DNA from: Methanobrevibacter sp.
GTDB taxonomy: Archaea > Methanobacteriota > Methanobacteria > Methanobacteriales > Methanobacteriaceae
Direction of reading: 5' to 3'
Assembly: GCF_045586545.1 (NCBI RefSeq)
Contig: NZ_JAZNAN010000064.1
Location: forward strand, 1 to 53,917
Length of the DNA: 53,917 nt
The notes under the pieces: generated by a model
The model's input: only the letters and a program-made list of their open reading frames with translations
Databases searched by the model: none
What the model was told of the DNA's origin: nothing
Translations under genes and position numbers: made by a program
In this document: in pieces, positions 1-8,900 of the stretch
Numbering within the stretch: the first letter of the stretch is position 1
How the letters are laid out: each line of letters begins with the position of its first letter

Positions 1-285
1 ATGCTCAAATACAAAGCCGAAATATACGGAAAAACATTCAGACAAATCAGCAGATGGTACCCATCAAGCAAAACATGCAGCAACTGCGGATACTACTATC
101 AAGGCCTAAAATATGAAAAAAAATGGAAATGCCCACAATGCGCAATGATACATGATAGGGACATTAATGCAGGTAAAAACATTCTAAAACAAGGATTAAT
201 CGATTTAATCGATGAAACAATGAACCTCTGGGACAGGGGGGATAGCACGGTAATTCTACTTTCATGGGAGAGTATCAGCCCGTGA
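1..285 (+). mobile_element. tnpB: IS200/IS605-family RNA-guided endonuclease TnpB, C-terminal part (truncated by window edge)
   Basis: MLKYKAE...YPSSKTCSNCG...WKCPQC zinc ribbon followed by RuvC-III motif HDRDINAGKNI; ATG at position 1 is an internal Met. Confidence 0.93.
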
Positions 286-341
286 AGTAAGAATCCTCGA
301 CTTCTACAAAGTCGAGGTAGTTCAATTCTTTCAGTGCCTTT
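200..341 (+). ncRNA. Putative TnpB omegaRNA (reRNA) scaffold plus flank-derived guide; 5' boundary approximate
   Basis: TnpB RNAs are known to overlap the tnpB 3' end and right end; GC-richer segment CTCTGGGACAGGGGGATAGCACGG follows the RuvC-III codons; guide would be ~326-341. Confidence 0.55.
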
Positions 342-1156
342 CTTGCTTCAGGAATAGGGAATAACGGATAAATATGGAATAAACCATTTCCCGTGACTAA
401 TTTTACATTAACATTATCCTTTTTTAGATTTTCAACATATTTCACGATGTCCTTGTAGAAAATCTCATTTTCCCCTGCAAAGATTAAAGTATCCGGCAAG
501 CCAACATTATCCCCGAAAAGCGGACTTACACGATAGTCTTGAGTGTCCAAGTCACCGGCCCATGATTTTCCTATTTCCTTAAGGCCAACTTCGCCTAAAA
601 TAGGATCGTTTTCACTGTCATAAGGAGGATTGCTCATTGAAATATCAACCCAAGGTGAAAATGTAATTATTTTATCGGGCTGAGGCAGATTAACAGTTTT
701 TAAATATTGGCAAAAAGAGTGGGCGAAACCTCCGCCTGCTGAGTCTCCCATTAATATCAAATTATCCCTTTGAATTAGATTTTTATATAAATCAGTGATT
801 ATTTCATAAGTTTCTTCGGATTTACCCTTAGGAGCGAGTGGATAAATCGGCGCCAGCACATAAGCATTCAGTTTTCGCGACAGCATAAGGCAATATAATA
901 AATGCTGATAATTGATTTCCATTACGTAGGCTCCACCATGTATGTACAATATGGTGTTTTCGTCAGTTTCATCCCCAAATGTAAAAACTTGAGTTCCATC
1001 AAAATCAATGCTTTTGAAAATGCCTTTAGGTAACCTATTGTCTGATGGATTATTTAACAATTCGTCTACTTTTTCTTTTGAATCCATGAAATCCAGTTTT
1101 GTAGACCTTAAAATAGCTTCCTCTATTTTTGCGATGAATGATTTCTTATTTGACAT
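275..1156 (-). CDS. Alpha/beta hydrolase, HSL-family esterase/lipase; last 16 aa encoded by the IS right end
   Basis: HGGAY oxyanion motif, GDSAGG nucleophile elbow, C-terminal His (GLFHIY). Confidence 0.9.
   Translation of the reverse strand: MSNKKSFIAKIEEAILRSTKLDFMDSKEKVDELLNNPSDNRLPKGIFKSIDFDGTQVFTFGDETDENTILYIHGGAYVMEINYQHLLYCLMLSRKLNAYVLAPIYPLAPKGKSEETYEIITDLYKNLIQRDNLILMGDSAGGGFAHSFCQYLKTVNLPQPDKIITFSPWVDISMSNPPYDSENDPILGEVGLKEIGKSWAGDLDTQDYRVSPLFGDNVGLPDTLIFAGENEIFYKDIVKYVENLKKDNVNVKLVTGNGLFHIYPLFPIPEARKALKELNYLDFVEVEDSYFTG
289..325 (+). mobile_element. IS200/IS605 right end (GAAT guide, subterminal hairpin, TTCAA cleavage site)
   Basis: GAAT (291-294), perfect 9-bp stem CCTCGACTT (295-303)/AAGTCGAGG (309-317), then TAGTTCAA ending at 325; same layout as the IS608 right end (GAAT/TCAA). 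Confidence 0.85.
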
Positions 1157-1172
1157 TATATCAGTTAACTAT

Positions 1173-2900
1173 TCAATTTTTGATTGTGATAACAGTACTA
1201 TTCAAACCCAACACCCGTGAATAATCGATTTTATCAGCAATTTTATTTAAAATGCTGATATTGTCAAATTCAAGATTTTCATTTTCAATAACCGGGTTAA
1301 AATCAATCCCATTATCCTTTACAGATATCAGTATGTTTTCCTCATTATCTCTAACAATAACATCAATCGTATCTACCTTTTCATTAATGTTAATGATATT
1401 TACAAGCATTTCCTCAATAGCCAAACTAACCAATGCGGCTGATTTATTTCCCGCAAGATAATCTTGAACCTCCCTAGACAATTCAACAGCTTCTTTAATT
1501 TCACCATCAATTGTATGCTCGAATACCTTTTCATCATCATTGTGTTTGTTGATGAAGAATCCTGTGTATTCTTTATTGGTTTTCTTGTTAATGCGTTTTG
1601 AATAAGCAAAAATGAACAAGATTGTCAATAATTCTGCAATTGCAAATGAAATCCAAATTCCATTTCCTCCAATTATAAAAGACAATATAACTGCAACTGA
1701 AATCGGCAATGCAAAACCTTCAAGGAATGAAATGATTGCAGACAATTGATTTTTTTGAATTGCTTGAGCATAGAATGTATATAAAAATGTAATGGCAGTC
1801 CCCACATAACTTATTGCAAATATTCTTAAAGCGTTTAATACGACAGGAATGTCTGCAGGATTTTTGACACTATACAAGAAAAGTAAAGCATTCGGGTAAA
1901 CAATGAATAAAACGGACAGTGCTAAGCTTGAAGCAACAACAATTTTTAAAGATCTTTTAATGATAAAACTAACTCCGGAATAGTCTTCTTCCTTAAAGTA
2001 GACAGATACGATTGGAGACATTGTCTGTGCCGTTCCGATTAAGAAAATATATAATATGAATAAACTGTTATAACAGATTCCAAATGCAACAACACCGGAT
2101 TTTCCAACATAAAGACCGACTAAAAAGTTTATGACAAGCAATTTTAAAGTCAGATATAATTGAGTTGATGCGGATGAAAATCCTGAAGTTGCGATTTTTT
2201 TAAGGAACTTAAAGAAAGAATCGACTTTTAATTTTATAAATTCCAATGTGCGTTCTTTTTTAAAGAAGTAATATGAAATTAAAATGGATCCTACCAAATA
2301 ACCTGTTGAAGTAGCTAATGCGGCACCTGAAAGACCTAAATTGAAAAAGCGAATATAAATTATATCACAACAGATATTAACAATATTGGCTATCAATATG
2401 GCTCTAAACGGTAATGTTGGTATACCGTCCGCCCTTATAAAATAAGATAGACTCATCATATAACATAAAAAGGGCATTCCAATAATTAATGCAACGAAAT
2501 ATTGTGTAACATCAGAAACCAGTTCAGGTTGTGAAGAGCATAAAAATTGAGAAATATTGCCTGAAAACAAAAGCCCTAAAATAGCAATCAAAATTCCGAT
2601 TGATATAAGTGAAATAAGGGATACTGAAAAGTACGTATTGCTCTTTTCATCGTCAAATTCCGCTTTTGCAACAGAACAAAGTACGCTGCCACCAAGTCCA
2701 ATCATCCAGTAAATAAGATTAACGAATGTCATTACTGGAGCAACAATTTGGATTGGAGCAAGATTGCTTGCACCAATTAAAAAACTTACAATTAAACCAT
2801 CCACGAATAAACAGATATTACCTGCCATTGAGGTAAATAATGTGGGAAGGAAAAATTCTGAGAATTTTGATTTTAAAAGATTATAATTTCTATCATACAT
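1173..2900 (-). CDS. MATE-family efflux transporter with C-terminal HATPase_c (anti-sigma kinase-like) domain
   Basis: ~12 hydrophobic segments with MATE motifs (RADG, GLSGAALAT, GNGIWISF); soluble tail with EEMLVNI and KDNGIDFNP. Confidence 0.88.
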   Translation of the reverse strand: MYDRNYNLLKSKFSEFFLPTLFTSMAGNICLFVDGLIVSFLIGASNLAPIQIVAPVMTFVNLIYWMIGLGGSVLCSVAKAEFDDEKSNTYFSVSLISLISIGILIAILGLLFSGNISQFLCSSQPELVSDVTQYFVALIIGMPFLCYMMSLSYFIRADGIPTLPFRAILIANIVNICCDIIYIRFFNLGLSGAALATSTGYLVGSILISYYFFKKERTLEFIKLKVDSFFKFLKKIATSGFSSASTQLYLTLKLLVINFLVGLYVGKSGVVAFGICYNSLFILYIFLIGTAQTMSPIVSVYFKEEDYSGVSFIIKRSLKIVVASSLALSVLFIVYPNALLFLYSVKNPADIPVVLNALRIFAISYVGTAITFLYTFYAQAIQKNQLSAIISFLEGFALPISVAVILSFIIGGNGIWISFAIAELLTILFIFAYSKRINKKTNKEYTGFFINKHNDDEKVFEHTIDGEIKEAVELSREVQDYLAGNKSAALVSLAIEEMLVNIININEKVDTIDVIVRDNEENILISVKDNGIDFNPVIENENLEFDNISILNKIADKIDYSRVLGLNSTVITIKN

Positions 2901-2912
2901 TATTTCATACTC

Positions 2913-5900
2913 CTAAACACTGAAGAAATCCAAATCATCCAAGAATTTAATAAAATTATAGATGTACTCTTCAGATACAAATGGCCATTTAATACCTAAG
3001 CGATATAATGCTTGAACAGTGTAGGTATTATCAACAGGCATCCAAATCTTTTTAACTTTTCCAGAACCGATTGAAGTAATGAGGCCAGATACCCCCTCTT
3101 GCTTTGATTTATCAGCAAGTGCTTCATCCAAAGCATTTTCATAATCTTCTTCTTCAGCAGGCTCTATATCCAATCCTAAAGGTTTGATAATGTCAATTAT
3201 GTCTCCAAAGCAAACACTATGATAATCATATGGGTGGAAAACTGTGCATTCCTTAGGAGTTTTTGAAAGATTTACAATAGCTTTTGCTGTCATGTCAATT
3301 GGTGAAAATTCCACATTGCTCATCAACATTGAATAAGGCATTTTTCCAATTGTTACGAATGCCTTTAAACGATTGATGAATCCGTTTGATTCAAAGTTAA
3401 TTTGGAATTCACTGTCTGAGCTTCTTGCCATTAGGTTTCCAACTCTCATAATTTTTACATCCAAATCATCTTCAACTGCTGCTTCCAAAACAGCACGTTC
3501 CGCTAAGAATTTAGAATTGAGATACTGATTATCCACTGCTTGGCCAATGAATAAATCATTTTCCGTGAATTTGACATCAATTGGAGGATAATTGTTTATG
3601 CTTTCACCCGCAATACTGTATGTGGATACTTGGACATACTTTGCACTTTTCATTTTTGCAAATTTAAGTCCATTTATTACACCCCCAAGGTTAATGTCTT
3701 CAATGTCCGTTCCAGATGAGAAGTGTTTCACGTTAGCTGCACAGTTGATTACAGTATCGATTTTTTCAGGAATGAGTTTTTCAAAGTCCGCAAAACTGGT
3801 AATGTCCCCTTCAATAACATGCAATCTTTCACTGAATTGTTCTGCATATTCATTTGAGAAGTAATAGAATAGCAGTGATTTTAATCTTTCTTCACCGCTT
3901 AATACTTTGTTGGATCTAATGAAACAGTAAACATCACCCATCTCATTTTCAAGTATTTCACGAAGCACATGGATTCCTAAAAATCCGGTAGCTCCAGTAA
4001 GCAAAATATTTCCAAGACTATCTTGAATTTCACCGTTGATAATTGTTTCGAGGTTGTTTTTCTTAAGAAACTCATTAATTTTAGAGTAGTCATAGGACAA
4101 TTCTGATTTTTTCTCAACGGATTTGTCCGATAAGATAAATTCAGATAATGCTCTTGGAGTCGGATTTGAGAAAACATCTCCGTAGCTTAAATTATAATTT
4201 CTATTTAAAGCTTCCATAGTAATTTTAGTAACTAACAGTGATGTTCCACCAATTTCAAAGAAATTGTCAGTGACACTTACTTCATCAAGACCCAAAATCT
4301 CTGCAAACAGGTTTGCAAAGAATGCTTCAATGTCATTTTCAGGAGCGACATATTCTGTGATTAAAATTGGTTCAGGCAAGTTTCTTAAGTCAGTTTTACC
4401 ATTTGCTGTCTGAGGCATTTCATCAAGTTCCATGTAAACTGTTGGAACCATATAATATACCAATTTTTCAGCAAGTGAAGCTTTTAAATCATCAATATCA
4501 ATGGAATAACCGTTTTCTTCACGGTTTTCATCTTTGTATTCATCATGAACTGTGAAGTAAGCACATAAGTGGTCATTGCCTTTAATTTTTTTAACAACAA
4601 CTGCTACAGATTTGATTCCAGGGAATTTTGAAAGTCCCACTTCAATTTCACCTATTTCAATTCTTAAACCCCTTAGTTTAATCTGGTTATCCATTCTTCC
4701 GAATACATAATAATCTCCATCTTCAGTGACTTTAACAAAGTCTCCTGAATGATAGAACCTAATTCCATTAATTACCTCATAGCTTTCAGCATTTTTCTCA
4801 GGACGGTTCAAATATTCTCTTGAAACTCCTTTTCCTCCAATAAACAACTCCCCGATAACATTAGGAGGTAATGGATTTGAGTCAAAGTCCATGACCCTTT
4901 CGTGAACATTGAATAATTCTTTTCCTATGTGGATATCTGGACTTTCAAGTAAAGTACCATTACAATAAACTGTTGTTTCTGTTGGCCCATACATATTAAA
5001 TAGTTTACCATTGGAGTTTTCGGAAAGCAATTCATATAATCTTTGTGAAAATGGTTCACCCGCATGAATGTATACTTTAAATCCATACATTGTTTCCTGC
5101 ATTGCTTCTATTTCCAAATATTGAAGCAATCTTGAAGGAGTGGCGATGTAAACATTCGCTCCACTTTTATGGATTAAGTCCATCATTTCAATCGGGTCTT
5201 TATATTCAGTATCATTGGCAAATACCATTGGAACTCCATTTAATAGGGATCCCATTAATTCTTGCTGGAACACATCGAAAGCGACTGTGGTTGTGGACAG
5301 CACCTTATAATCTTCTTTTTCAAGATTGTGCACCAGTTCATAAGTACAGACATTTCTTGGATCAGGATATACAAAGTTTGCAATGTTTCCGTGCTCTAAG
5401 ATTACTCCTTTTGGAAGTCCTGTCGAACCGGAAGTATAAATAAGATACGCCATATTATTCGCATGCACATCAGGGTCAGGGTTAGTGGTATCTTCTTCTT
5501 CGAGCAATTCGTTAACATCCAATAAGTTTTCACTATAGTCGCTTAAATCAATGCCTTTTTTCTCAATTACATCATCTACAATGATGAATTTTGATTCACT
5601 GTCTGTTAAAACATGCTCAATTCTTTCTGAAGGATATTCTGAGTCTACAGGAATGAATGCCCCACCAGCTTTTAAAATACCAAATGCAGATGCTATTAGA
5701 TTACTGTTCCTATTTAAGATAAACATTACCCTATCTTCAGGACCAACACCCCTTTTGATAAGGCTGTGGGCAATCCTGTTGGCTTTTTCATTTAATTGTG
5801 AGTAAGTGAATTCCCCATCAGTAGCATATAAGATTACTCTATCCGGATGCAGTTCAACTTGATTTTCAAATATTTTATTCAATCTGTCTTCAGGGATTTC

Positions 5901-8900
5901 ATCATATTCCAAATCATCAACACTCCAATTATCGTTTTCGATGATTGAAATGTCCTTCATTAAAGTATTCTCATCAAATGTCTGGAATTTGTTCAAGACA
6001 ATTCCAATACAATCAAGGAATGTGCTAATTAACCCTTCAGAATACAATTGATCATTATATTCGCAGAATATCCTGTATTTATTGTCAACTTCAACTACAT
6101 TTACGTTTATTTTAAATTTCAATCCCTCATAGTCAATGGATTGCCTTTCGACAGTCATCCCCCCGATTTCAATGTCTTCAATAATTTTTCCGTGATATGC
6201 ATACAATATTTCAGGAGCAATGTCAAATTCATTGGAAATCTCTGTTAGAGGATAGGATGAATAAGCCAATACATTCAACCATTCCCCATTGACATATTCC
6301 AAATATTCTTTAATAGTCGAATCTGAATTTAACTTCAATGCTAACGGAAGTGTTTTGACCATCATTGCTAATGTTTTTTGTTGATTTGGATTGAATCTAC
6401 CATTAGTGATTGTTGCAATTAACGTATCGCGATTATAAACAAATTTGTTTAAGACAAATGATGTTGCGGCCAAGAATAAATTATTCTGACTAATGTTTGA
6501 CTTGGAACAGAACTCATCAATAGGCTCCTTTTCTAAGAAAATATCAATCATTGAAGCCTTTCCTTGCGATTCATCGCCGTTAATATCTTGTGCGATAACA
6601 GTTGCATCATCAAATTCTTTAATTTTATTTGAGAAGAACAACTCTGCTTCTTTGTATAAACTGGACTGCTCCGTTTTGATTTCATTCAATGAATATTCAA
6701 ATCCGTCGAGTTCCTCCAACTCGTAATCTTTTCCATCGTAGATTTTAGAGATTTCATCAAATAATATGTTTAAAGAAGTTCCGTCAACAATAATATGGTG
6801 GAAATCTGCAAGCAACATTGAGTCGCCAACAATTTTAAATCTGAATAACGGCCCTTCATCAAGTTTGAACGGTTTTACGAATTCTTCCAAATTCGCCTCG
6901 TCTGCAATCTCAATTAGACCATCAACTTTAAGGCCATCCCTTCTTTGTTGATAGACTTCACCATTATCCATGACAATCCTGGTTTTCAAATATGGATGAT
7001 TTTCGATAGCGGTTATTATTGATGATTTGAGTTTATCCACATCAATACCCTCGCTGAATTCCATTTTCTTCGGAAGGTTATACGCCGTGTTTTCAGGATT
7101 TTTAATACAGTCGAAGTAAACTCCAAGTTGGTTTGAGGTTAATGGATATAACTCCTGAACATCACTGGATTCATTACTCTCAATTCTGATTTCAGAAGCT
7201 ATTCTTTCAATAGTTTTATATTTTAATATTTCTGTAACATTTAACTGTGCGTTCAAGCTATTATAAATTGCAGAAGTTAATTTGATTACTGATAATGAAG
7301 TTAAACCTATGCTAAATAAATCCGTATTGACCCCGAACTCTTCAATGCCCAAAATTTCTGAAACTATATCAAACAATTCATTTTCAATATCTGTTCTTGG
7401 CTTTATGAATTCATCTACATCAATTTCAGGATCCGGCAAGTTTTTAAAGTCAGTTTTTCCATTTGGTGTTTTTGGAAATGCATCAAGTTGTGTGAAATAT
7501 GATGGAACCATATACTCCGGCAATGAATCTACTAGGTGTTGTTTCAATTCTTCTGGATTAATATCCTCGGATGCAGTGAAATAAGCACATAAATGTTCAA
7601 CATTATTAAGTTTTTTAACAACAACTTTTGAAAGGGCTATGTTTTCATAATTTGCAATTGCCCCCTCAATTTCAGATAACTCAATTCTTAAACCTCTGAG
7701 TTTAATTTGAGTATCATTACGTCCTGAAACATATAATTCACCATTCCCATCTTTTTTGCCCAAATCTCCAGTATTATAATATGGGATGTTGTTTAATGTT
7801 AAAAAGACTTTTTTCGTTTGTTCAAGGTTGTTTAAATATCCCCTAGCAATTCCTGCTCCACCGACATATATTTCACCAGTTACATAAGCAGGCAGCTGAT
7901 TTCCATCGATATCCATTATTTTATCAACTACATTAAGCATCTTCCATCCTGCAGTAACTTCATTGGAATCAATTAATTTATAATGTGAAGCAATAGTCAC
8001 CTCTGTTGGGCCATATGAATTATAAATATCCGCATCAGTGTATTTTGATAATCTATCATACAATACTGGAGGGAATCCTTCACCACCGACAATGATTACC
8101 TTACATTTTCCGACAACTTCCTGAATCTCTTCAAGTTGTAAGTATTCGAGCAATCTTGTTGGTGTTGAACCGAAACCTTCCGCATCAGTTTTTTTGAATA
8201 ATTCGACTAATTGCAAGGGGTCAATTGCTTGTTCATCGTTAGCAAATACCACAGGCAAACCATTCAGAATTGTACCGAAGATTTCTCTTAGGAATACAAT
8301 GAATGAAACGGTTGAAATAGAAATAAACTTGTTACATTTATGGTTTAACTCATAAATTGGAACATTCTCTTTAACATTAGCAATATAGTTTGTTATTCCC
8401 CTGTGAGTAATCATTACTCCTTTTGGTTTTCCGGTTGAACCGGAAGTATAAATTAAAAAACAAAGATTATCCGGTGTTAAATTAATTTCAGGATTAGCAT
8501 CATCAGTTTCTTCAAGCAATTCAGAAATGTCAATTCTATTTTCACCATCATATTCAATCTCAGAGGATGTGATGACAAATCTTGAATCGCTGTCTTCTAA
8601 GATTTGATTAATTCTATTTTTTGGATAATTCGGATCAATAGGGATAAATGCTGCTCCTGCTTTGTTGATTCCTAAAACAGTAGCTATTAAATCACTGTTT
8701 CTCCTCATCATAAACATTACTCTATCTTCAATCTCAACTCCACGTTTAATTAAGCTATTGGCAATTTTATTTGCCTTTTTGTTTAATTCATCATATTTAA
8801 GCTCACCATCTTCAGCATAAAGTATTGTCTTATCAGGATTTTCGCTTGCGATATTTTCAAATACCTTATTTACAATTCCCTCATTAGCAAGTTCTATTTT

